Below are positions 1 to 9,761 of a stretch of DNA of 49,845 bases, one piece after another. The stretch is from Eremomyces bilateralis CBS 781.70 (taxonomy: Eukaryota). The stretch lies in the NCBI GenBank assembly GCA_010015585.1, contig ML975166.1. The stretch is one strand, 5' to 3'. The notes under the pieces were generated by a model. The model saw only the letters and a program-made list of their open reading frames with translations. It had not been told where the DNA came from and did no database searches. Made by a program: the position numbers and the translations under genes. Position 1 is the first letter of the stretch, and each line of letters opens with the position of its first letter.

Positions 1-2873
1 TCCTCTTCGTGGTCCTTCTGATCGAATTCCTTGCCCACCTTAAAAACGACGACCGACTCCCGGCCGAGAAAGGACAGAACTTCTTGAACATCCTGATTGT
101 CTCCATCACCGTCGTGGTTGTCGCGGTTCCCGAGGGATTGCCTCTCGCCGTTACCCTCGCTTTGGCTTTCGCTACAACCCGCATGCTCAAGGACAACAAC
201 TTGGTGCGACTTCTGCGCAGCTGCGAGACCATGGGCAATGCTACGACGGTTTGTAGTGACAAAACGGGCACCCTGACACAGAATAGGATGACGATTGTGG
301 CCGGTACCATCGGTTCGTGGAACCGGTTCGGGGATAAGACAAAATTCACTCTTAGGGCGAACACTATAGGACCGGAGTCCGAGTCCATCCCCGAATTCAT
401 GGGTGCTTTGGGGGATGAGGTCAAGACCCTGATCGTCCAGTCGATTGCGATCAACAGCACCGCCTTCGAGGGCGAAGAGGATGGCAAGCCCGCATTCATC
501 GGATCCAAGACGGAAATGGCCATGCTGAACCTGGCGCGCGATTATTTGGGCATGGGCTCGGTCAGCATCGAGCGCTCCAATGCCACCATTGCTCAAATGG
601 TCCCGTTCGACTCCGCACGAAAATGCATGGCCGCCGTAGTCAAATTGGACGACGGGCGCTACCGCATGTACGTTAAAGGGGCCAGTGAGATCTTGCTCTC
701 CAAAGCCACTCGGATCCTCGATAATGCCACCAAAGACCTTTCGGATCGACCTCTCGATGCCGAGATCCGCGAGGAACTGAACTACGTTATCAGTTCCTAC
801 GCTAGGCGCAGCCTGCGCACTATCGCGCTCCTCTTCCGCGACTTTGACTCATGGCCCCCGAAAGGTGCTCGCACTATGCAGGACGATAAGACCAGTGTGG
901 AGTTTGACGATGTCTTCCGCGACATGACTTGGCTTGGCGTGGTAGGTATCCAAGACCCCTTGCGTGACGGAGTCCGGGAAGCCGTCCAAGACTGCCAACG
1001 AGCGGGGGTTTTCGTGCGCATGGTCACGGGCGACAACGTCGAGACGGCTAGAGCTATCGCCGAAGACTGCGGGATTCTGGTTCCCGGAGGCCTTGTGATG
1101 GAGGGACCGAAATTCCGCAAGCTAAGCCGCGGCAAGATGGCCGAAATCATCCCGAAGCTGTGCGTGTTGGCCCGAAGCTCGCCCGCCGACAAGGAGAAGC
1201 TGGTCAAACGGCTCAAGGAGATGGGGGAAACGGTCGCGGTTACAGGAGACGGGACCAACGATGCGCCGGCCCTGAAAGCGGCCGACGTGGGCTTTTCCAT
1301 GGGCATCGCTGGAACGGAGGTGGCGAAGGAGGCGTCTGCAATCATTCTTATGGACGACAACTTCGCCTCGATCGTGAAGGCCTTGCTTTGGGGCCGTGCC
1401 GTGAACGATGCGGTCAAAAAGTTCTTGCAGTTCCAGATCACGGTCAATATCACGGCCGTGGCCCTCACGTTCATCTCCGCGGTCGCGTCCGCTGATCAGA
1501 GCTCGGTCCTAACGGCGGTCCAGCTACTCTGGGTCAATCTGATCATGGACACATTCGCTGCGCTTGCTCTGGCCACCGATCCACCGACGCCGAGCCTATT
1601 GAACCGGAAGCCGGATCCCAAGTCCGCGCCGTTGATCACGCTCACTATGTGGAAGATGATAATCGGTCAGAGCATTTTCCAGCTTGCCGTCACGTTCGCG
1701 CTGCATTTCGGGGGTGCGAAGATCCTATCGTATGACACTCCCGAGGAACGGGATCTTCTTCCGACCTTAGTCTTCAACACCTTCGTCTGGATGCAGATCT
1801 TCAACATGTTCAACAACCGCCGGTTGGACAACAAGTTCAATATTTTCGAGGGAATTCAGCACAATTACTTCTTCATCCTGATCGCTACTATCATGATCGG
1901 CGGTCAAGTCTTGATCATTTTCGTTGGGGGCCGGGCTTTCCACGTGCAGCGCTTGGAACCCGCTCAATGGGGCTTGTCGGTCATTCTCGGCCTAATTTCG
2001 ATCCCAGCTGGTGTCATTATTCGATTGATCCCCGATGAGCTGATCAGAAAGGCGATTCCCGACTCCATCCGACGACGTGCCCAGCCGCAAATCACGGTCG
2101 AAGACGAAAACCGCTTCGAGTTCAACCAAGGCTTGCTCGACATTCGGGAGGACCTGTCGTTCATGAAAAGGATCCATGGCGGGCGTCTGTCCAGCTTCAA
2201 ATACCGCATCAAAAATCCTCGCGAAATCTTCCCCCAGAGATCACGCAGTGCGAGCCATCTCAGCAGCCAAGCCAGCATCCCCAGTACACCGAACATCAAT
2301 GACCCCAAGAGATCGAGCGAAGGGAAGCGGAAAGACAAAGATCACGACAAGGATCGTACACCGAATGCATCTCCCGATAAGCGACGTCGTGCCACCCGAT
2401 CTCGCAGCAACAGTGCATTTGGCGCTGCGGCTGCCATGGCAGGCGTGGTAGCGGGCTCCATCGGTGGATGGTCCCCCATCGATCGGGATGCCGGCGATGG
2501 CGACAGCGAATCGATATTCAATGCAGGGGTTTCACGGTCGCCGAAATTGAACGAGCGCCAGGATCTCGAAGCTGCGGAGGGCATCGAGCTGGCCAGCGGC
2601 ACGAGAAGCGAAGATCCGGTGCTGGTGCCTCAAGATGTGGTATTGGCGGGCAAGCTACCGCCCAGCCAGAGAGAGGAGACCACACCGGAGTTTAGAGTTG
2701 GGCCGTTGGCCGGGAAGGGCGATGATAAGCTTGTACAAGCCGAGAAGGAGATCGAGAGCTCGAAAGAAGATGGGGAAAAGAAGGAGGCCACGGTTGACAC
2801 CAAGGCTAAGGACAGCGATGACAGCAGTGAGGACGAGGTCGATGGAAAGAAGGACAAGAAATCGGGCGGGTGA
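1..2873 (+). CDS. PMC1: P-type IIB Ca2+-transporting ATPase (vacuolar PMCA-type), 5'-truncated by the window edge
   Basis: Motifs VAVPEGLPLAVT, phosphorylation site CSDKTGTLT, KGASE, MVTGDN, VAVTGDGTNDAPALK, QLLWVNLIMDT. Long charged C-terminal tail; stop at 2871-2873. Confidence 0.95.
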   Translation, partial: LFVVLLIEFLAHLKNDDRLPAEKGQNFLNILIVSITVVVVAVPEGLPLAVTLALAFATTRMLKDNNLVRLLRSCETMGNATTVCSDKTGTLTQNRMTIVAGTIGSWNRFGDKTKFTLRANTIGPESESIPEFMGALGDEVKTLIVQSIAINSTAFEGEEDGKPAFIGSKTEMAMLNLARDYLGMGSVSIERSNATIAQMVPFDSARKCMAAVVKLDDGRYRMYVKGASEILLSKATRILDNATKDLSDRPLDAEIREELNYVISSYARRSLRTIALLFRDFDSWPPKGARTMQDDKTSVEFDDVFRDMTWLGVVGIQDPLRDGVREAVQDCQRAGVFVRMVTGDNVETARAIAEDCGILVPGGLVMEGPKFRKLSRGKMAEIIPKLCVLARSSPADKEKLVKRLKEMGETVAVTGDGTNDAPALKAADVGFSMGIAGTEVAKEASAIILMDDNFASIVKALLWGRAVNDAVKKFLQFQITVNITAVALTFISAVASADQSSVLTAVQLLWVNLIMDTFAALALATDPPTPSLLNRKPDPKSAPLITLTMWKMIIGQSIFQLAVTFALHFGGAKILSYDTPEERDLLPTLVFNTFVWMQIFNMFNNRRLDNKFNIFEGIQHNYFFILIATIMIGGQVLIIFVGGRAFHVQRLEPAQWGLSVILGLISIPAGVIIRLIPDELIRKAIPDSIRRRAQPQITVEDENRFEFNQGLLDIREDLSFMKRIHGGRLSSFKYRIKNPREIFPQRSRSASHLSSQASIPSTPNINDPKRSSEGKRKDKDHDKDRTPNASPDKRRRATRSRSNSAFGAAAAMAGVVAGSIGGWSPIDRDAGDGDSESIFNAGVSRSPKLNERQDLEAAEGIELASGTRSEDPVLVPQDVVLAGKLPPSQREETTPEFRVGPLAGKGDDKLVQAEKEIESSKEDGEKKEATVDTKAKDSDDSSEDEVDGKKDKKSGG

Positions 2874-3975
2874 GCACGACGGTTGCAGATCGGGTTGCAG
2901 ATCCGATGCCGAACCATGTGCCGCAGCATTCCCGCCGTCCCGAACCAGGAGGCGATGGTACTGCCCATCATGGATTGCGACGATTCCTGATCGCAACACC
3001 ATGGTTCGTAGCCACGGCACCATTCATCGCCGCCAAACGGGCTGGCATTTTCTTGTGTCCACGGAGTTAGATCGAAGCAAAATCATTCTAGGCCGCAGAG
3101 TAGGGGCGACAGGCGTTTTCCGCATTTTCAGGTTAGTTTCATGTCCTGACAGCAAAGGCACGGCGTTGGCGATGCACACCAGACTATTGTTTTCTTTTGT
3201 GGGTGGGGAATTGGGATCTCGTAGACTGTGGGGACAAACACTTTGCTTCTTATTCTTGTGTTGATAGGTTACTTAAATAGGTATTGGTTTATACAAAATC
3301 CGGGGCTGTGGAGGAGAAAAAGTCTCGCTAGGAATGATATTACAAGTGTTCGAGGATATTCTGCCCTTCTGTGAGTGTCAAGAGTGAAATGTTTGAACAT
3401 GACATCCCTTCCCTACGGCACTTCAGTAGCGACGGCATACTACTTCTATGCAGAGAGTCTCAGCATGTCCCCTATCTTACCAGGTCGTTATCAAAATATG
3501 TGAATCCAACCCGACATTGCCATGGCGAATATGGCCACCGTGTGGGTGTGGATCAGCTTCCGATCTCCTTCCTGACCTTGGTCGTTGAAACTCGGCTGGG
3601 GAACGTCGAAATCCACACTGCAGGCTGGACTAAATATTATATGAGTATTATACGAAGTACCGGTGAGAATGTACAAGTAATTTGTTAAGTATCCAGACTC
3701 TTTAGACCAACTGAATCCATTGATTTCAGGGTGTCCCACCCATTTTGTTGTACGGAATATGGGTACTGGTCCCTGGAATTGATTGCTTAGGAGCATTACG
3801 TCAGACGCCAGCGTCGAGTTTTGGCTGGAGGATTCTGTTATTTTTGTTAGGTACTTCCTTAAGGTACCTTACCTATCAATACTATTCATATTTCCTGTTT
3901 ATGTCCTGTCGATTGTTTAAGAATCTACCTACCTCTGGCAATTGAGGGGCGACTGTTCATGCCATCTCGTTGAAA

Positions 3976-5003
3976 ATGTCAGAATCCGACGTAAAGGAGG
4001 GGAAGTCCAACATCAATTTGATTGAAGAATGTGACAAGTATGATGATCCAACGCGTTCCAAGAAGGAATACATGTTAATATTCGAAGTTTCCCATACTGC
4101 CAAAGAGATTTGGATACTTATATGCAGTATGTCTCGACATATTACCACTTCCGGGTGCCTTCCTGCCCTCGAACATTGGGATACGTTTTGCCCTCAGTTG
4201 CGGAAGTATTTCGAAATCTGCCCGACTGGGAAGTGGACGACTTCTCAACTCCCCGCACGCTTACTTTAATATTCGGGGATGATGCCGTATTCCGGTCGGC
4301 GGCAGTTGCTCGTACTGTCCAAGCGATGCGGGAGACGGGTCATTTCCAGGTTCTAGAAGGATGGCGAGATGAGCTTTATCCTGTCTACGACTCCGATGGG
4401 AGCATTCTGTTTAGCTTGGAGCGGTCGGCATCGCCCTTATTCGGAATAATCACATACGGCGTTCATATGACAGCATTCACCAAGTCGAATTCGTCGTATG
4501 GGCTGAAAATTTGGGTCCCGCGACGAGCCAAGAACAAGCAGACATACCCGGGCATGCTGGACAACTCGGTGGCCGGTGGAATCGCGTCCGGCGAGAACAT
4601 CTTCGAAAGCCTGGTCCGGGAATGCGCGGAAGAAGCGTCGCTCCCAGAATCCGTGGTGCGAGAGAGCGCACGGCCAGGCGGGACAGTCACCTACTTCTAC
4701 CTGCGCGATGCGAGGGCTGGGGGGGAGACGGGACTCATGCAGCCAGAATGCCAGTATGTGTATGATTTGGAGCTACCTGAAGACGTCACTCCGAAACCAG
4801 GCGACGAAGAAGTACAGGAGTTCTATCTTTGGACAGTGGAGGAAGTGCAGGAGGCTTTACGGAAAGGAGAGTTCAAACCCAACTGCGCTCTGGTCATTTT
4901 GGACTTCTTCGTGAGGCATGGGATTATAACCAGCGCGAACGAGAAGCATTATATCCAACTCGTATCGAGGCTTCATCGGCATCTCGAATTCCCAACTCCC
5001 TAG
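3976..5003 (+). CDS. Nudix hydrolase, YJR142W / Tnr3 N-terminal (thiamin pyrophosphokinase-related) family, 325 aa
   Basis: Exons 3976-4037 and 4088-5003 (GT-AG intron 4038-4087) give ..LIEECDNFPY... Motifs GWRDELYPVY, LERSASPLFGIITYGVH, WVPRRAKNKQTYPGMLDNSVAGG, Nudix-like box RECAEEASL, and FKPNCALV. Confidence 0.88.
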
Positions 5004-5170
5004 AGAATTCAAAGGCACCTCCAACCTTGGCTCTGACGCTGCCGTTGCTCGATGGCAAGCAGCACAGTTTGAGCCAGATCTGACGCGGGAGACCCTTGCG
5101 AATGGAGGTCCGCGGCACGTTCTTGAAAACCGTCACAACAGACATATAGCCGATAGACAGAACCTCATTC

Positions 5171-5646
5171 TCATTTCTTCAAGAGCAAATAGATGTAGTC
5201 GATGCGCAGGGACGTCAATCGCTTATACGGTCCTTCAAGATAGAGGAGGAGGCCGCCGAACGAGACATAGACCTTGCTGAGTGCCATGAGTTAGCTCAAG
5301 TCAATTGCGAGAATCAAGTAACGAACATATTCTCTCCATCACCCTCTTCGAACCTGTAGACCTTGCCATGACAGACATAGTCCCACAGATCCGCTAATGA
5401 AGCCTGGCCGTCGGTGGCTTCCCTCCAGCCTTTCTCATCCTTGGAGCCGTCGAGGTTCAATGTGCTTGCCAACATGAGTTGGATATTCTCGCCGACGGAT
5501 AACTGGAATAGGTCGGTGTTGATATCGAGGGTCATGGTCATCGTGCTATCGGTCGACGTGCCGGAAATGCGGGAGACGCGGTCATATTTTTGCGAGTTTA
5601 TGGAGGTGATTGCGAAAGTCTCGTCAAGGAGCTGTGAGTCGGCCAT
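5171..5646 (-). CDS. RPB8: DNA-directed RNA polymerases I/II/III shared subunit RPABC3, 141 aa
   Basis: Exons 5646-5327 and 5276-5171 (intron 5277-5326). [34 protein letters not shown], then spliced [20 protein letters not shown]...IYLLLKK*. Confidence 0.95.
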
Positions 5647-6119
5647 GATGTATTGCTTGTGACTGAACTGTACTGAGAGGTTTAAAGTGCACGTAAAAAT
5701 CCCAAGGACTTTAAGATGGAGTATCCGAATGGTTGACGAAGTGGGTGGTGAAGTTGCGATGCCTTGACAATTTTTGGAATTTTGCAGGCGTCTGCGCAGG
5801 CCGCAGGGTCCAAAAGAACGTCCACTCCACTCGAGTCTCAACCCAGATGATGTCAACCACTACCGGAATTTTCATACGGAGTCTTTCCTCGACCGGACTA
5901 TACCTTTCGCCATCCTAAAGTTCGAGAGTTATTATCTTGTTACCCTTCAACCTTGTGCTTGCGATCTTCAGTAGCGTCACCTTGGAGAACGGGATCGACT
6001 GAGATGAGAGCGGCAGCAAGTCATTGGCGACAGGAGCATGGCCGGGCCAGTTGCTGATATATTTACGATCTGGCATCTCTGGCATCAATTATCCCGTCGC
6101 GATCTAATCGATATACAGG

Positions 6120-7250
6120 ATGCTGCTCAGCAGGTCTTTCACGGGAGGGGTCCGATCTATCAATCGTCGAGTCCCTTCGCCACCATGGCCTCGACGGCAG
6201 CGGGGACTGCATCTGGCACCGCCATTTTTGCTGGATGACTACATCCCTCAATATCAATTAATATCCTCCAGAGATGCCGCGAAGAAACGTTCCCAGGCAT
6301 ATGCACACCTGCGCAATTGTAATCTATGCCCGCGATTGTGTGGAGTCAACCGGTATGAAAAGACGGGGGTATGCCTCATTGGGGCCGAGAGTGTCAAAGT
6401 GAATGTCATCGCACCTCACTTTGGAGAAGAACCGTGTATCCAAGGGCATAATGGGTCAGGATCTGTTTTCTTCTCCGGCTGCAACCTCCGTTGCGTTTTC
6501 TGCCAAAACCACGATATTGCCCATCAGCGAAACGGGTTTGATCTGACCCCGGAGGAGTTGGCTGAGTGGTACATGAAGCTGCAGGAAGTCGGCAAAGTTC
6601 ACAATATCAATCTGGTGACAGCCGAGCACGTTGTACCCCAGGTGGTGCTATCCATACTTCACGCGAAAGAGCTAGGACTGAATCTGCCTATCATCTACAA
6701 TACGTCCTCGTTCGATTCATTGGATTCCATCAAATTGCTGCACGGCTTGGTCGATATATATCTTCCGGATTTCAAAGTCTGGAGCAACAATACGTCCAAG
6801 CGATTGCTCAAAGCGGACAACTACACGGAGACGGCAATGGAAAGCATCAAGGCTATGCACGAGTCCGTCGGGGATCTCTGTTTTACCGCTGATGGAATCG
6901 CGAAGAAGGGCGTTCTGCTTCGGCACCTCGTCATGCCGGGACTTGAAAGTGAAGGCGAAGAGATTGTGAGATGGCTGGCCGAGAACATTTCGAAGGATAT
7001 GTACATTCATATCATGGAACAGTATCACCCTCGAGCCCACGTTGGGAAGCCAAAACGTCGCACGAAGTCGGACGTGGTCGCACCGGGAGGATTTCCATCC
7101 CCGGATGACCCTGACGTTCAAAGAGTTCGTTATGAGGATATCAATCGCCCGGCCAACGAAGACGAGGTCTCTTCCGTCCAAAAAGCTGCTCAAGCGGCAG
7201 GGCTGTGTAGATTCGTCGAGCCTGCAGCACATGGTGGCTTCAACATTTAA
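6120..7250 (+). CDS. Radical SAM protein, PflX (COG1313) family, with putative mitochondrial presequence; intronless, 376 aa
   Basis: CNLCPRLCGVNR N-terminal Cys cluster; HFGEEP..G..GSGSVFFSGCNLRCVFCQN (CxxxCxxC); HNINLVT, YLPDFK, LLRHLVMPG, MEQYHP. The first ~35 aa are Arg/Ser-rich with no acidic residues. Confidence 0.88.
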   Translation: MLLSRSFTGGVRSINRRVPSPPWPRRQRGLHLAPPFLLDDYIPQYQLISSRDAAKKRSQAYAHLRNCNLCPRLCGVNRYEKTGVCLIGAESVKVNVIAPHFGEEPCIQGHNGSGSVFFSGCNLRCVFCQNHDIAHQRNGFDLTPEELAEWYMKLQEVGKVHNINLVTAEHVVPQVVLSILHAKELGLNLPIIYNTSSFDSLDSIKLLHGLVDIYLPDFKVWSNNTSKRLLKADNYTETAMESIKAMHESVGDLCFTADGIAKKGVLLRHLVMPGLESEGEEIVRWLAENISKDMYIHIMEQYHPRAHVGKPKRRTKSDVVAPGGFPSPDDPDVQRVRYEDINRPANEDEVSSVQKAAQAAGLCRFVEPAAHGGFNI

Positions 7251-7673
7251 CATGGAGTTACCGCATAGAATGTGGACTGTGGACATACGGTACAGTACTG
7301 TTGACTACCTAACTGACTTGTTTATTGTCTCTTTGTCTCTCTGGTTCTTGGTGGCATATCTATCCGCCCTCGTCCGATTCCGGTTATCCAGACCTGAACA
7401 AAGAAAGAGCACTGCCGAAATCAAGGAATATTGACCCAATCGCTTAAACCTTTCACACTGTGAATGACTTTAGCGCGCGCTCGGAAGGAGGCTCATTGAA
7501 GATCGATGAGTCAGTGCACCTTATCAGGAACTACACCGTCTGACTCTGGTTGCAGATAGCTACTAGACCATAGTCGATCCAACCTGATAGCCTGGTGGTT
7601 GCATGTATCTAGACTGCGTTTCGACTTGGTCGCGTATCTTAGCCGTGCTTTTGCCTTCCATCTTAGGCATGCG

Positions 7674-8468
7674 ATGATGCTGATGGACGCGAGGATCAGG
7701 TTTCTCGAGGACCAAATGTGGTATTGTGCCGACATCCTTCATAAAATGCGCACCGACGTAGCGTATTACGCGAGCAAGATCCAAGACATTCAATGGGAGA
7801 TTGAAGTCGGCAGTCCATCATCTCGCCGTCGGAAACGGCTGGCGAAATTGAAAGCCCGGTGTATGAGACAGTTTGAATTCCGGGCACAGCAAGAGAAGCA
7901 TGTCCTGGAGAACTTCACCGCTACCCAACGAAGGCTTCAAGACCTTCGATGTCATGCCGCCTCTATGAGGCAGCTTCTGGACCTATACGGAGGCACTCTA
8001 CCGTATGAGAGTTTATATCCCCCTAGTCCCTCCCTCGAAGCCAAACACCACGGACCTAGCTCCTCAGCGATCCCTAATTTCCAACCAGTAGACGATCTAG
8101 CCTCCCCGCTGGAATCCACCCGAGAAGAGCGCAGCGGAAGAAGAAAAGGAACTGGTGACGGCAGCGGGAGAGGTGTCTTGGAGAGACATCCATCGAGATC
8201 TTTTCTCAACTGTGCTGCTCCTGAGCTTCACTCTCCATCACACGGGTCATTGAGCAGTGAGCCAGTCACGATGCCGCTAAATTACACCTATGCGCCGAAT
8301 AGCACCGCGATCTGGGCGAGAGGCACGGTTTCTGTCCCATTACCACGACGATTTTCGGCCCCAGTGCTAGATGTGGCGGGCGTATCCAGCCATTCGAACT
8401 CATCTTGCGCTCCGCAGCGTAGTTTTCACGCAGAACCGATGGCCACACAGCTCCGAGCAAGTTATTAG
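7674..8468 (+). CDS. Hypothetical protein (N-terminal coiled-coil with basic cluster, Ser/Pro-rich C-terminus); start uncertain
   Basis: Single 870-nt open frame (7599-8468) in otherwise unassigned DNA; first in-frame ATG at 7674; helical segment with SRRRKRLAKLK. Confidence 0.5.
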   Translation: MMLMDARIRFLEDQMWYCADILHKMRTDVAYYASKIQDIQWEIEVGSPSSRRRKRLAKLKARCMRQFEFRAQQEKHVLENFTATQRRLQDLRCHAASMRQLLDLYGGTLPYESLYPPSPSLEAKHHGPSSSAIPNFQPVDDLASPLESTREERSGRRKGTGDGSGRGVLERHPSRSFLNCAAPELHSPSHGSLSSEPVTMPLNYTYAPNSTAIWARGTVSVPLPRRFSAPVLDVAGVSSHSNSSCAPQRSFHAEPMATQLRASY

Positions 8469-9761
8469 AGTTATGTCGGAACGAACCATCGCCGTCGATA
8501 TTAATTACCCCTCATTTTTGGGGGTACATCAGACAACTCAAAGTTGATTGGAAAGGCCAAAGAGGCAACACATTCACCAACGTCACTTGCTCCACAACCC
8601 GCAACCGTGCGAGTGCAGTTCTGTTGCTTTGTACCGGCCAATGGCCCTTTTGGAAATGCTCTTGTGCATATTAAACACCTGAATAGCAAGCTCAGAGATG
8701 CTCTAATTGCTCTTGTCCGAAAATTCGAAAATCCAATTGCCATCAATAGATTTGAGCGGGGAGTCGACGGAATAGCCCCCGAGTCGCTCCGCATCTTGCA
8801 GCCATACTCTAAAACTATAACATCTGCAGTCAATCAATCCCTTGTCCCGTTGATCTGTTGTTGAACCAGTGAACCATTAACTTAATAATATTCTTCCCAG
8901 CCACCGGGAGTGGTGCTGGGTACAGGGGAAGGTAATAGGCTAGAGTCGGGCACCATCCCACGCTGCAGCGAAATCCGATGCACGTCATATCCACAGCCCA
9001 CCAAACATGTGTCAAGACCCAAGACGTTCAGACTCTTGATGCGAGAATGGGGGTGTCAGATGCACAAGAGGAAAAAAGCAAAGAAAGGAGTGCAATCTGT
9101 AAGAGCCTGCACAACGTATAACACAAGGACTGGAGAACCTACCGGAGCGTCCAATTGGCTTTTTCCTGTTTTCGGGAAGTCATGAAGTATTATCTGTCTT
9201 ATTCCTCCACTGCTGTGCCATAGTAATGGCGATTACGGATTAGAGAAATCGCGATTAGAGAGGACTCCGTAATTAGTTGAGGGCCACTTCCGGTAAGGTC
9301 CCCCTCTCACTAACTACTCCCTCACTAAAATATTCCAATATCCCCTTCGATTTCCACAAGTGCGAAAATCCACCGTCTTGTCCATGATTCCCATGCTAAC
9401 AGTAACCGCAACTGCAAGGTGTCCCCTTCGAAAGGCAATTGCCTAAGCACTGCACTGCTTCCAAATCGCCAATGGCTGTAGCGTCGTCCAGAATTTCCCA
9501 TCCCTCATCACCTGTCGCGTCCAATTCCTGGACGGTACCGGTCCCGGACACAACCAGACGCCATTGCCAGTGCGTGGCTATTCGCTGAGCCAGAAGCTAG
9601 AGTTCGAGACCGGCAAGCCATACAAACACTCCCCCGTTGCTGCATGTGCCCATCGATACAAAGAAAGATTAGGAATCCCATCTGCCACGCTATCGTGGGC
9701 AACGAAGGACAGGAGGATTGATAAACTCGCGTTCCGATCTCGCAACAGCTTCATCCTCAAC

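Noticed and set aside
3976..7250. Possible cofactor-metabolism cluster of the Nudix and radical SAM genes
   Set aside because: They are separated by RPB8 and surrounded by unrelated housekeeping genes; no evidence of functional linkage.
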